The notes under the pieces are model-generated. The model was not told the origin of the DNA, did not search any database, and worked only from the letters and a program-made list of their open reading frames with translations. A stretch of DNA of 63,715 bases, the filler included, from Reticulomyxa filosa (lineage: Eukaryota > Protista > Foraminifera), in NCBI GenBank assembly GCA_000512085.1. It is 16 parts of 16 records of this genome, joined end to end, with 100 filler letters (N's around TTAATTAATTAA, not from the genome) between each part and the next. Parts side by side here need not be neighbours in the genome. Positions count along the whole stretch, not along the records: positions 11,041 to 14,467 come from ASPP01022481.1; positions 14,568 to 24,521 come from ASPP01000338.1; positions 24,622 to 37,435 come from ASPP01006286.1; 13 more parts are not named here. The stretch is one strand, 5' to 3'. Position numbers and translations under genes: made by a program. Below are positions 11,041 to 24,969 of the stretch, piece after piece. Numbering within the stretch: position 1 is the first letter of the stretch; each line of letters starts with the position of its first letter.

Positions 11041-14000
11041 GTGTCTATTGTATCCTTCCGTTGATTTGACTTTTTGGAAATTGTTTTGATAATTGTGCCT
11101 CCGCAACCATTTATTTGGCATTTCACTTGTTTCAAAATGTCCTCTGATCCATCGATCAATAGTGCATGATTGTTTGAACAATAATGCACTTTCAAAGATT
11201 CATTTGATACTGTTTCACATTCAGTTGATATAGGCAAAAATGATTCGGAATTTACTAATAGCAATTGAAATGGATTCTGTTTCATAAATGGAAGAATAGA
11301 TACAAAATGGAAACCTAATCTTGTCACAATCACGTCAAGCGTATCTCTCATGGAGAGCGTTAGACTGCCTTTGATAAAAATCCAATTAGTGATAGTTTGT
11401 AAAACTTTTTTGTGCTCATTCTGCACATCAGAGGATAAGAGAAGATCTATAACAATGCAATTCAATCTTTGAGCTTTGTATGTCTAACAAAATTGTAAAA
11501 AGAATATTTAGCAACAATAAATATTAACTTTGGTATTGACTATTCGAATAGGGTTCACATAAATTAATAAAAGGAAAGACTGTAAAATCATTTGGTCGCA
11601 AATACGGCGAGAGAAACTGTTGAGTGGAATCGAAGAATAATTATCCGTGTTGTGTTGTATGTTATTCACACAAGCATTTTCTCCATACAATCCGATGAAT
11701 GGATTGAAAGAATTATTGTGAAGCGTCCTTGGACGCAACAAACTGAATACATGGCTTCTCTTTAATTTCCCCAAAAAAGGAAATTTCGTTCCAGTATTTG
11801 ACGGCGTGAATATAATCTCAATCCAATGGAACCCTTTCCGCACATAAAGTTGTTTCAAAAACCACACATACAAAGCATGTTCATACTGTTTATAACAACT
11901 ACTGAAATCCAACAATAATTTACTCATTTCTTCCAGTGAATTAAATACACACTCGTTTCCTTCGACTTGTGTCAGATCAATATCTCCATCAATCATGGCA
12001 GAAATAAGTTTGGTGACATCCACTTTCACTTTTGAAATTTTCACAACACAGCCAAGATCAGAGGTATCATCTTTATCACATAACTCTTTCCAATCTTTGT
12101 TTTCTTCATTTACTTCTTTCTTCAAAAGCATTATTTCCAAACAACGATTCAATCGTGTTGCCTCATCCGAATACAAAGCAAGTTCATTATTCAAATATCC
12201 ATGTGATACCATTTCTTTCAAAATTTGCATTTTGGGAATTAATTTATTTCCAATTTTGGAATATAACTTTGGCAAAATTGAAATATATACATTACGTTTA
12301 TTTGCATTCTTCTCAATTCTTTCCACGCGCTTGATTGTGATGAGTAAATCTTGAATAAAATCAGAATATTTTTGTTGGGAGACATTTGGCTGAGTGGAAT
12401 AACCTTGCAGGATATGATCAATTGATGTTTCATTTTCCAAAAAACCATGTTCAATCAAATGTTTTTCTTCATTTATAAATTCACTTGTTTGTAAATATAT
12501 AACTCCAAGACGGTGAATTTCAATTTTACGAGCATTTGCCAATAACTTGTTCATAAGATTTGTATTGCTATTTTGCAAGTGTTTAAGCAAGAAATTGAAA
12601 AGGATTGAAATTGAAGTAAGAAAAAATAGTAGGCCTTCACTCATGGCGCGACTTTCCCTGAATAGAATCGACTCCCAAAGAGATAGAGTCATTTTTGCCA
12701 ACCATTGTCCGGGCTGGTTTTCAATGACATGTTCCTCCACATGTGCAAGTTCGGAGACAGAGATCAAATATGAATAATGGAAAATAATGTAACGATAATA
12801 GTGTATGGTTACTTCAATCGTGGCAATGGTCAATTTGCCACACAATAACAATGCCATAGACACAATCACATTTCGTAGAATGATTTGTTGATTTGGAGTA
12901 TGTAAATGCAATGAAAATTCAAATCGAACCATGTCCATTGCATATTCATGAATCGCTTCCAGAGAATATTCTACTTCCCAATTTGTTAACTTGTTATTTC
13001 CAATTGGCATTTGTTCCAACATTGTTGCATGTGAACTTGGATCATTGTTTGTGATTTAGAATATTTCGAGAGTCGTCGTTGACACCACGAATGAATAGAA
13101 TAACTAAATGGAAAAGAATATTGCAAATAATTTTGAATCGAATACAATTGAGGATTTATTACAGCCAACAACAAGTGACTGGTGTCAATATTCACTGGTT
13201 TCATTCTGAACAACACTTCATTTTGCAATGCCTCTTCAAATAGCTTCTTATACCATTGATATTCTATTTCATCTTTTCTGTTTACGCTTTCGATATATTT
13301 CTTTGAATTATTATTATATTTGTGTATACTAAACAATAGAAATGGTAATAAAATTTAAAAAAATAAACAAAACTGCAAAACCACCATTTTGATAAATAAT
13401 GAATAACACATTGACAAAAGTCAAAGTTAACAAAGTATCAACGACATTCTGATGCCCTTCGAAAAAAGATCCTTCCATCCTTTTCTTTCCACTTTTCTCT
13501 AAATCAGACAGGATATTTTCAACTGATCGCTTATATGCAGCTTTCGACAATAGTTTTTTCATCCGATTTGTAAGTATGGCCCCACACTCTCTGAATTTAT
13601 TATCCTCAAACAATAATGACAACAGCTTTTTTTCTTTTAAAGAGTCCATAGAGTGTGGAAAGTACAATCTTCCAAAAGCTCCACGTGCACATTTGGACAA
13701 GTTCTACAAAAACAACAGATATGTCTGTCATTATTCAATAGAAAATATAAATATAATTTTTTACCTGTCTGAGTTGTCCACTAATCACACTCGCCACTGG
13801 TTTTCTCAAATCTTTCTTCAATGATATCGTGTCCGTTGATAATAAATAATCAACATAAACAATCTTCCATTTCCTATTTTTTTTAAAAAAGAGGGACTCC
13901 ATTTTTGTTTTGACAAAAAGGATTGTTTTTTGTAACTGTCGAAATATCAAAGGAAATGGTGATGTTTTGTTGGTATGTATCAGCAAAATAATCAATTTCT

Positions 14001-14467
14001 GTTTTTTACTATTTGTCGGTTCACTATAAAATATATGATGCTCGAGCTGAAGAATATGAATGATTTGTTCCAATTGATCTTTACTGTCGGGCATGTAACG
14101 ACATTGTAAGATCAAAACATCTTCCGAGGGCTCATCTTTGAAGAATTCTTTGACCGTTTTTTCAAATTGATTAACTTTTTTGAATGAAGAAATTTTTTTT
14201 GTACAGTGCATCCATTCCGTTGGGATATTATGTTCCATATCATTTGTTATTACCATTGCCATTTGGTCTTTGGAGTTCTTTCGCTGAGTTACCACAATTG
14301 TCCCCTTTTTTTTATATTTGTGTCAAAATATTTATCAATTTAAAAAAGTTATTGTTGGAAAGGAATAATTTCTACTTAACCAATGAAAGAAATCGAATAT
14401 CTTCCTCAATCTGCATTTTTACGATTTCCTCTGGTCGACACAATGGACGAAATAAATCAAGTAATTC
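11041..14467 (-). CDS. RNF213 (mysterin)-like giant protein, internal multi-exon fragment with apparent frameshifts
   Basis: SFKKVNQFEKTVKEFF...VLILQC...KLIILLIH...FPLIF...WKIVYVDYL and a downstream YSFPFSY resemble RNF213-family segments after the AAA core. Colinear minus-strand ORFs with short introns. Both ends are cut by spacers. Confidence 0.55.
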
Positions 14468-15605
14468 NNNNNNNNNNNNNNNNNNNNNNNNNNNNNNNNN
14501 NNNNNNNNNNNTTAATTAATTAANNNNNNNNNNNNNNNNNNNNNNNNNNNNNNNNNNNNNNNNNNNNGCTGGTAAACTTAATGAAAAATTTTTAAAGAAA
14601 AAAATAACTTGCTACAATACTTGCACATATGTATCATTAGTATAAGGTTTTAAAGCTATGACAATACTATATTTTCTTTTACATTCATTATAGTCAAAAC
14701 ACATATTTCGCCATTGTTATTTGTCTTAAAATTATAGTCATCATCGCTCAACTCAAAAAAGTTTTATCTGACAGATTTCAATTCAATATAAATTTAAAAA
14801 AAATTTTCATTTTCTTTCCAACGTAAAAAGAATATATAACACATAATTTTTTAAAAAGTTATTTTGAAAAGCAACAAATATGCTGTTCAAAATAATTTGC
14901 AATTCCTTAAGATTCAAAATAGTTTCTAATCAAAAGTCATTCTCCGAAAAGGTTTTGTTATAGTCTTTTTTCAGGTTTGCTAGAATGCAAAGAAAAAAAT
15001 GACATTACAGCTTACCTTCTCTATATATCTCTTTTCAATAAACAATTCAAATAACAATGTCAAATTCACATCTACCTTTTTTATTTTTCGTTTTGGATTC
15101 TTTTTTTTTTTACGTTGTTGTTATTTGGTCGTCTTTACAAAATTTTTTCATACTTATTTCCAAGATTTATGTTCAAAGACCAAATGAGCTCTCTTTCTTT
15201 GAATAAGCAAAACGTCTAGCAATGACTTTCTTTATAATAATTTTTGTAAAAAAAATTTAAAAAATTATCAACCATGATATTCTTAACGTGAAACCGTCAC
15301 AAGTTCGCCCTCCCCGACTCAAGCCAACAGCAGCTGTTAAGAATACACAAAAGTTAATTTTTATATATACTTTTTTTTTTTTGCAATAGGAAAGTCTTTA
15401 ATTTTCGTCGCAGTTATGGGGAGTTTTTCAGCAAATTCCTCAATGCTACAGGAAAAATTTTAAATTGTTTTCTTTTATTTCAAAAAAGTATTTGATTTTA
15501 AAGATAAAAATATTAAACTATCATTTCATTAAAAAAAAAAATAAGTTCATCTAAAAAAACGGGGAATTAACTCTTCAAATTTTTGTTTGCAAAATTTTCC
15601 TCATT

Positions 15606-16368
15606 ATGGCGTCAGCTGAAACAAAGATAAGTTTATTTATTATTTCAAGAAAAAAACAATACATTAATAAATATCACAGTCAAGTTAGGAGTGGAACAAA
15701 AAGGGTAATTGGATTCCGTATGATGACGATACCATTAAGAAAATGGAGAACTTAACAATCAATTCTTCAGTTAAGTTTTGTAAAAATTTTTATATTTCAA
15801 AGTTTGTTATTTTTTTATAGATTTTATTAAGGTGCATTCGAGAAATATAAAATAACGAAGCTGTCATCTAAAACTGGAATACAGCATAATAGTAGCAATG
15901 GGTCAATCATTTATATTAGAAAAATTGAAAGATGTTTGTATTTTTTTTTTTATTGTACTAAATTTATAAAAAAAAAACAGGAGCAAGTGGTAGTGGTGTA
16001 TGGAAAAAAATAAAAAAAACGGACATCAAGATCTACCTAGAGATTTGTCCAAATATATCGATGATATGGCTTATTTTACCAAGACTGAGTGTAAAATACA
16101 GTGAAGAATCTATGTTATTGAAAAATTAAGTGCTAATGAAGCAATTGCAGAAAACAAAGAAAATGGGAGTAATCAAGTCATCAGAGAAATTTTCGATGAA
16201 AAAGAAAAATAAAATACTAACCAAACTTGTTGCATATGCGATGCACAAGCCACTCATATTTTAATACCTTGTGTCCATTTCGCATTTTGTTTTAGTTTTG
16301 TTCAGAAGTTGAAAAGGTGTGCTGTGTGTAACAGTGGAATACGTGCTTACGATACTGTCAAATACTGA
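15606..16368 (+). pseudogene. Decayed multi-exon gene with C-terminal C3HC4 (IAP/MDM2-type) RING, possibly N-terminal WWE
   Basis: 16228-16368 reads CCICDAQATHILIPCVHFAFCFSFVQKLKRCAVCNSGI, a RING with lost ligands. Upstream GNWIPYDDDTIKKME is WWE-like. Stops and frameshifts lie in between. Confidence 0.55.
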
Positions 16369-17659
16369 TTTGAAATTTATTGATTTCATTTGTTTTTTGA
16401 CTATCACTTGACTTATTCGCCGTTCTTACTTTTAGCTCATTTACAATTTATTTCATTTTTGAAACGATAATCCAAAATGAAACTTACGAAAAATGACTAG
16501 TATTATAAAACATAAAAAATAAAAAATAAAATTGGAGCTTCCAAACCAGGTCAGAACGTTAGATCAAACATTTGCCAATCGATTGGTGAAATTCCGGTGA
16601 AATAACTTTGATTTTTGACAAAGTTAGACTGCAATCAGTATTTTTGCAATAAACTTAATGAAAATGAAAAAACTAAACGAAATATTAGCAATTTTTCGAA
16701 AGTGTATTTATTATATCGTAAATGGAAGAATGCCCAGCCCGAGAAAGCAAATAATAAAGAGTTGGAAAAATGTTCAAGCTTTTCTACGAAATATCCTCAT
16801 TTAGAAGAAGAGTTTTTAGCTGATTTGGGTCCGTGTATGTACTGGTAATCAACAATACAATGCCGTAATACAAAGAAAGATTTTACAATTTGAAAAATGG
16901 TCCAATTTAAAAAAAATCTATCTTAATTTATGAAGCGTAGCTGAAGGAATGAAAAGTTGGATTTTGACATTATTTTCAAACAAAATTCAGCGTTTAATCG
17001 ATTCAGAAGAAAGAAATGAGAAATTTCAAAAAACTCTAACGCAAACTTGGTTCAAAACTATTGATGAATCAAAAAGCAAAGATATCGATATTTTATCAAA
17101 TGAAGAAATATCAACAAAACATCCACATAAACGAAAAAACGATATTACATGTGATAACGATACAAATGAGATCATACCAAGTAAAAAAATTAAGTTAGAC
17201 AATTGTGAAAAATTTTTTTGGTAGAAAGACAAGATAAAGATTTCAATATCAATAAAATTGACGAAATGTTATGCCTGTTACAAAATATAGATAAAAAAAT
17301 TGATAATTTAATGGAACGCATTTCCAAGGTTGAAAATCAATCAAGAAAAAAATAAACAAAACAGAAAACATTATATGTTGTTGCTGTTGATTATATTTTT
17401 TAATTACTTTTTCATATTATCTCTTTGTTACATAATCATCAACTAAATAGTATTGTTAATACTAGAATTTTGATTACACGCTCATTTGCTATTCATGCTC
17501 TTTTCCACATAAAATTCTGACAGTCTTTTTCAACATTTGCTACAGAAACACATGCATACATTTTTTTTGTTTTTGTTTTAACTCCTTCTAGGGGTCAACT
17601 CCAATCAAAAATTACATGTTATTATTTTTGAAACTTTTAGGAGACAAAAGAAATTTTTT

Positions 17660-18497
17660 TTGCGTGTTGTAACGGCTTGCAATATTACGGACGAAAGAAT
17701 TGCTGTCTATATGAATTTAGCGCCAAAGATAGAACGTGACGATATGTACTCAGATGTAACAAAATTGGTGAAACAAAGGATTGCTAAAACGCGAAAAATC
17801 CAGAATGTCCCAATCGCGAATTGAATGAGAAAATCAGTCTATTGATCACTCGCAAACTTTTGAAACAGTCTGTCATGATCTCTGTGTATGGTGTAACTGG
17901 ATATGGAGTTAAACTATTTTTCCCTAACTCACAGAATATTATTTAGAAGGCTGTTCCATTTATTTGGCCAAACATACCAGGATAGACCAATACTCCTGTC
18001 TGGCTCTCCATGCTCTGGACCAAAGATTGCGCAAAAAAGATCACCAAGCATGGCTATCGTATATGTTGAATGACTCCACTCAACTTGCTTTGCACATAGC
18101 CTTATGCCGATACCACGCTCCAAACCCCGACCTCGTTGCAATGCGTCACTATTCGCAATCACAAAGGTGTATCCAACTTTTTAAAACAACCATCTGCTTT
18201 CCCTCCCAATTTTGTTCACGCTTTGGACATCATGCATTGCTTGCCCATCGCCAGGGCCATGCACAGACGCAGCATGGAGCTTTCTTCCATACACGACCCG
18301 GTTTGGCTTACGCTTGTAATATCGACAGCTTGAGAGAATTATTGAGGGACGAGTTCATTCGTTTGCACTCACGATCGCTCTTACAACATTTGTATCAACC
18401 TTTATTAATCGTTATCCTAAATTTGATTTTTCTTACTCCATCACAACAGTCGTTTTTTGATTTGGAGTCAGTGCAAAAATTGAAATACTTTTTTACC
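17660..18497 (+). pseudogene. Decayed T3/T7-type (mitochondrial-type) single-subunit RNA polymerase, C-terminal palm/fingers region
   Basis: Colinear remnants: CNGLQYY, NL.P...DMYSDV, motif B RKLLKQSVMISVYGVT, TPL...PY, KQPSAFPPNFVHALD, motif C SIHDPVW, LRDEFIRLH, FDLESV...YFF. Many stops and frameshifts, no introns. Confidence 0.85.
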
Positions 18498-18740
18498 ACT
18501 TTTTTCATTATTATTAATTGTTGATATTATTTTTTATTATTGTTATCGCAATCATTATTTTACCTCTTTGTTTATCTTATTCATAATAAGTCAGTATGTC
18601 ACACAAAAGAATTTGCAAAAAAAAAAGCTAATTTGCTATTTAAAGTACAAGTTTTTCTCTTTCTAGTTGCTATAGGTTTGGTTATGTTGAACTGAAGATG
18701 ACAATGCTCCAAAGCACCAAGACATAAAAAATTCAAATCA

Positions 18741-19430
18741 AAAGTAAATAAAATCATTCACAAACACAAATTCTGCCATTATATGAGCCATGACATAAAG
18801 AAACACAATCATTATTTTTTGATTTTATAAATTTAATACATTTAATACCATTGTCTTCATTTCGACTTGTATTGATACAATGATCTTGCTTATTGATTTT
18901 AGTACTCCAAAAAGAATTGTATGATCATATGATGCAGAACATACAATATCCATAAAGGGCGAATACTCAATATCATAAAAAGCAGCTCTATGTCCATTAA
19001 ATATATGTTCTGTAAAAATATTTAATAATTTGGATTCTCCAACATCACATAAACGAACATTGTTGTCTGCAGATCCCGAACACAAATATTTACCATCATT
19101 AAATGACGAAAATTCAATACCAATACAAAAAACGAATATATTTATCAGTTGAAGAATAACAAATGACTTTTTTTATTATTATGATAATTATATTTTGAAA
19201 ATTTTGCACATTCCACATGTTTTGATAAAATTATTTTATTAATTTCTTTCTTAATATCAAAATCAAATAAATTAATTGTGCAATCATTTGATCCTGAACA
19301 AATAATTTGACGATTATCAAATATTAAATAGTCAATACTATTCACTAATTCCTTATGACAATTGAATATATTACTTAATTTAATTGAATTTTTAAATGAA
19401 TCGAAACTAATTGTACCTAAATTTGATCGT
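18741..19430 (-). pseudogene. Decayed WD40 gene
   Basis: VNSIDY...ICSGSNDCTI, CSGSADNNVRL, GHRAAFYDIEYSPF...CSASYDHTI, with frameshifts. Confidence 0.75.
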
Positions 19431-20009
19431 TGTCTTTCATTATCTATCTTGCATTCTGGTGACTATTTTTTTATTTTTTATTTTTTACATATAAATATAT
19501 ATTCATACCGATACTGTTAAACATCCACTTATTCGCCTTCTTTTTGGAGAATGTGATAAATTTACATTTTCTTTTAATCTTTCAATGTCATCACGTAATT
19601 TGATTAATTCTTGTTGATATTTTCTTTGTATTGATTTGTCGTTTTTGAAATATCTATTTCGAAGAAATTTTTTTCCCAAAAACTGCTTTGGAAAAACACC
19701 AACAAACTTCTTGTAGGGTAGCGTGAAAAAATTTTGAAAAAATACAGGGGTGTCTAAGGAAAAAAAATGTGTTTATAAGGGGGAAGTTTTTTATTTTCTT
19801 ATTTGTTATTGTTGTGGAAGGTTTTGTACATGAATGTTTTTTATTTTTAAGTTTAAAAAAAATTAATAAATAAATAAACAAAAATATAATTATTTTTGAC
19901 CATCAATAAAAATGTCCCAGCAAAAAAAAAAAGAGATAACATAATTTTTTGTTTATTCAACTAAATGCACTTCAATTTCCTTTACTTTGAAATACCTTTC
20001 ACCTGCCAG

Positions 20010-20640
20010 TGTAATATAGCTGCTGTAGCATCTTGGGATGCTGAAATTTCTTTTAGTATCACAATTGTTAACAATTGTGATATTACCTTCTGCTAAACCT
20101 GAGATCACATAAACAATTCGAACAAATCAAACATTTGAACTAATTTATCAACATAACAAACAAATTGCTTTTTTTTTGCAATACCAAAGCATGAACCATA
20201 TCCATCCTAATTACAAATTAAAGCTTGTTCACTAGATTTGGCATACCATTTTTGTGGAATGTAATTTTTAGATCTCAACAAATATACGAACGCTCCTATA
20301 TCATTTAAAGTACTAATATGCATACTGCTTCTCCAATTCATATTTGTAAAACCTCTAAATACATGGCCAACTTCGTCTTGTAAAATTGTCAATGTAGCAC
20401 CTTTTTCGTTAAATCTTTGATGAGACTTGGCTGCTGTAAATCCATCAATACTTCTTTGATACAACAATGTTATTTTGTTTTGCTTTTCTGTTGGCAAAAA
20501 TAACATAAGCAATTTTTCTTCTTTTTCTTCTTTTATGATCAATGATTTTAATTTAGTTACATGCATACACATTTGCATTTGTAATGAATAGTTATTATCG
20601 AGTTTGTCAGGTTTAAGTTGAGTACGTGTTTCCAACGCTT
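20010..20640 (-). pseudogene. TLDc-domain gene remnant
   Basis: KITLLYQRSIDGFTAAKSHQRFNEKGATLTILQDEVGHVFRGFT...W...D..AFVY, then *DGYGSCFG, matching the TLDc consensus LLYRxSxDGF...FHxxCDxKGxT...GxxFGGF. Confidence 0.8.
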
Positions 20641-22239
20641 GAGAAAATCGTTGATCAAAACTTATGTCTCATTAGTATATATTCTATTGACATTGATCAA
20701 TATATTGATATTATTTTGCTCAATTTGATTGGATCGATCATCGATAAGAGCTCTTTTCAAAATAGCTTTTCGCATATGTGAAGTAAAGTAGATTGATAAA
20801 TGCATTGATCCACCAAATCTTTTTTTGATAGTGTATTCTTTTTAATCGATTGCATTTGGTTCAATCGTAGATCCATTTTTTTATTTTATTTTCATTATAA
20901 TTATACAATTTTTTTAACGCATTTTCTTCTAGTTTTCAATTGTACTAATTAATTTTATATAAAAATTACAATGTCTTTTTTTGCTTTTTGAAAATTAATA
21001 TCTAATTTAGTAAACTGTGTGTTAATATATTCTATTTGCTTCGAAATTTGAGCTAAATCGTCATTTATATTATTTATCTTGTTACTTTCGTCTTGATTTA
21101 GAATTATTACTTGTGATTTTTTTGAATAAATTTTTTGTTGAATGGATGGGGCAGGACATCAGAATAAAATCCTCATCAATATTACTTTTTCTTTCAATGT
21201 AATTTCACTATCGCAGATATCACTGTTTTTTTTTGTCACATTTTTTGTTTTGTTTGCTTGTTTATGTTTTTTTATTAACTTAAATTCACCGGTACTACAA
21301 ATTTTCAAATCGTCAAGTCATCTTTTTGCCTATGTTTACCAGTTCGCTTATTTGTTTGCTTGTTTACTTATCATATATCATTACTTTAATTAACTCAAAT
21401 TTATTTTCATCATGAATGCCAAATTTGTCCATTCTCCAAATAATTTTTTATCAAATGCTATCTAAAAAGACTTTTTTTACGAACTTCAAAAAAACATTTC
21501 CAAATTAAAACACAACAATATTTAAAAAAAAATATATTATTTCATTATGTACAAAAAAAACTCAGTCTGAAAAAAAGTTTAAATATTAAACCAAATGGCA
21601 GTATATGCGGTCTTTTTGGAAATGTTTTATTTTTAACAAGGAAAAAATAGCTTGTGTCAAGAGCTATCGTAGTCGAAGTTAAAATGGTGAATACCTTTGA
21701 TTACATTTAACTTAAAAATAAATAATTGGAAAATTCAAACAAGGACGAAAAAGAACATTTGTCTAAGCGCATTCGCAACAACTTAACAAAGAAACTTTAT
21801 CTTTTAATTTTGTTTTGCTGCTTTATCTACTTTTCCAAGAGTACATTTTTCATCCATTTCTGCAAGAATTTTGTTTCTTCTCTAATTTTATTAAATTAAG
21901 GTACCCTTGAACTTTTTTCTTAGTGAATAAAGGGAGTAGTTTTTTTCTTCACATCCAATAAGTACAATATTTCAATTATTTTCTCTTTGTCAAATTATTT
22001 GATGAATAGTTCGTTTGAAATTTTACATCTTTTTTATGTTTGTTGTTATCTGCGTCGTTTAGATACCAAAAGATAAATTTATATTAACTTTTGAGTGCCA
22101 TCATAACATATAACAATTAAAAATAGTGGAATATGCAAATTCTTCAATTTTGATTTTATTCCATTTGTGTTTTGATATATTTTCAATTACACATATTGTT
22201 AATGTAAAGGAAATATTGGATAGTTTAGATTGAATGAGC

Positions 22240-24521
22240 TTAAAAAACAAAATGGGTAATTATAATATGATGTAACTTTTTTGTTGTTGATAAGTGGTGG
22301 TGCTGATGACAAGCAATCCCATCCACAATGTATTGATCAATGCTTCTCAGTTCGTTCTTGGCGTCCAAGTAGTGCAAAGCGTCGACACTTGTCGCACAAA
22401 CGACTCTCAACAGTTCGAGTATCCATTTGTATTTCAATACATTAAATATATACACATATATGTATGTATACATTATAAAAATACTTGAGTTTTGAAGCGA
22501 AGAGAAGAGGTATTGTAATTGAGGAAAAGACAGATTTGATCCAGAAATGGGAATTTGGAGTTGGAGATTGTTGTGATGTAGCGTTTGACAATAAGTGGAC
22601 GATGTTGAATGACGACATCGAGAATGGCCACGACTTTAACGAGGAGATCTGCGTTTTGCGTGTCCAAAGATTGGCATTTCATTGAAAAGTCGACAATTTG
22701 TATTTTCATTCCAATGGCCAACACGAAATCCTCCATCCACCACATTTCTTCTTTTTTTTTATTATCCTGTTTGTTTTGGAATTGACTTTGTGACATTGAT
22801 GTGACGACATTAGACAAAGTGTTTCCGACAAGCAAGTAGTCATGTCCAGTCAAAACAGACAAACAACTGACGAAAGTATTGAAACGCCATTGTTTTGATG
22901 TGTTCAAAGAGAAGTACGTGGATGAAGACAAAGACAAAGACAAAGACGAGCAGACTGGACGAGTACGAGTGGTCTTGCGCCAGTTCCCAGGGCACAATGG
23001 TTTGTAACAGCAACGCGATAATTCTCTGTTTTCCCTCTCATTTGTGCCAAATGGCATGCTTTGTAACTGCGTAAGTTGCTCGACGATCTTTGTCAGCATC
23101 TGCAAGCTCATCTTCCGTGTGAGGCTATCTTTGATCGCAATAGATATCCAAGTTCGTTGATGGAGTACGTGTAGCAGTAGCTGTAGTAGTATCTTCATCA
23201 TTTTGATTTTGATTGTAATGACTATGGCTATGACTATGACTATGAATGCCATCTAAAGACAATGACATGACAGCTGTCTTATGTGTGGTGTCGACGATCG
23301 ATACCACACATCCATTGCAATCGAAGCGTAGTGATATTTCATGATGATGTTGCTTTTCATTCTTTATAATAGTATCTGTCTTTTCATCGATGTGCATCTT
23401 TGCAATGTCTCTCCATTACTTTCATGGTCTCGTCATCCTTTGCACTTTGTGATTGATGGCGGGTAGTAAAGAGATGGGTCTAATGTCTGCAACAACTGAT
23501 TATTTTGAGCTTGAATTGCTGTTATATGTTCCGAGGGAATTATATCGTCGTCTTTGTTCAACTATTCAATCATACAAAATTCTTTGTCTTTTTTTTTTCT
23601 TTTTGTTTGGACACGACTTGTTGTTACGTTGTATTCCTCCATTATTTCCATTTCTATTATTATTACCATTTGCATTTGCATTTGCATCCTCATACTTTAC
23701 ATTGGAATTATGCTTTGCATTATGATGACGATGATGTCTGAATGGCGAAAAAAACTGTGAAAAGGAAAGAGGATCGGTAGCATGTAAAGGTTTGAAATCG
23801 TTGGCACATTTTTATAAGAAAAATTTGAATTTGGAAAAGTATTTCCACAATTGTGGCAATTGCTGCAAAGTCTTGAAATGTCGTCCAGTGTCATTTCCAT
23901 TGCATTTGTATTGTTAATATTGTTCGCTTCACTGTTCGACAGCTGATCCGATAGTGACCAGTAATTGCTTTTCGAGATGTGATACTGATGGATCATTTCC
24001 AATGGACTGAACATAGACTCCACCTATTTCCATCATTTCGTTAAGATCAAACCAAGTTTTTTTTGTTTGTTTTTTTCCGATGTGAAGAAAGGAAGGGAGT
24101 TCATATGCATGTTAGTGAATTCTGAAGATGTCAATTGATACTTGGGTGGTGTCGCGATTGGCCATTCCTTCCCACAATTTCAGTAACTCTTCCAATCTCG
24201 CATTGATCAGCAACATATCTATGATGGACACACTCACATTTGCTTTCACCACACTTGCGCACAGCTGCTTAAGCCAATGATAAAAGTAGTCAAATACGCC
24301 CACTTTTATTTTTTGACTGATTTGCTGCAAGAAACTGTTTCAAAAAAAAAAATATATGTATATAATATAATTGGTCGATTGATAGAAAAAAAGTCACGAC
24401 ATAAAGTTCAGTATTTTGTTGTTTTTTTGATTGAATGCATTACAATCATCCAATAACTGATCTATCAACGCATTGGAAAGTTTGTGTTGAGACTTGACAT
24501 CGATCCATACTTGTACCATCT
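22240..24521 (-). CDS. Large multi-exon uncharacterised protein (partial, several frameshifts)
   Basis: Chain of colinear minus-strand ORFs (24330-24112, 24023-23697, 23397-23125, 23252-22473) with coding-like composition and short introns. No family recognised. Confidence 0.45.
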
Positions 24522-24621
24522 NNNNNNNNNNNNNNNNNNNNNNNNNNNNNNNNNNNNNNNNNNNNTTAATTAATTAANNNNNNNNNNNNNNNNNNNNNNN
24601 NNNNNNNNNNNNNNNNNNNNN

Positions 24622-24658
<37 letters not shown>

Positions 24659-24711
24659 ATTGAAATGTGCACAAAATAATAATTAATAATAATTAACTAA
24701 AAAAAAAAAAG

Positions 24712-24969
24712 GTATTGGTAGGCAATAAAATAGACATTGCGCAAGGACGTGAAATTAGTCGTAACGTCGCCAGCGAATTTGCTCGCGATAATAATATGTT
24801 GTTTTTTGAAGCTTCGGCCAAAACTAGACAAGGAGTTACAGATGCGTTTATTGAGTTGGTTGAAAAAATTTTGGACTCACCTGAAGTACTAAGCACTGCA
24901 AGGAGCTCAAAACAACGGGTCAATGTCCACCATCAAGAAACAAGCAAATGTGGCTGCCAGCTAATGTAA
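24712..24969 (+). CDS. Rab GTPase last exon, Rab18-like
   Basis: G4 LVGNKID, G5 FFEASAKT, AFIELVEKIL (Rab18-like), C-terminal CGCQLM prenylation site. Confidence 0.8.
   Translation, partial: VLVGNKIDIAQGREISRNVASEFARDNNMLFFEASAKTRQGVTDAFIELVEKILDSPEVLSTARSSKQRVNVHHQETSKCGCQLM

Noticed and set aside
15606-20640. Alternative genetic code (stop readthrough) explaining in-frame stops
   Set aside because: Stops of all three types co-occur with frameshifts and lost catalytic residues, while long intact ORFs use the standard code. This is pseudogene decay.
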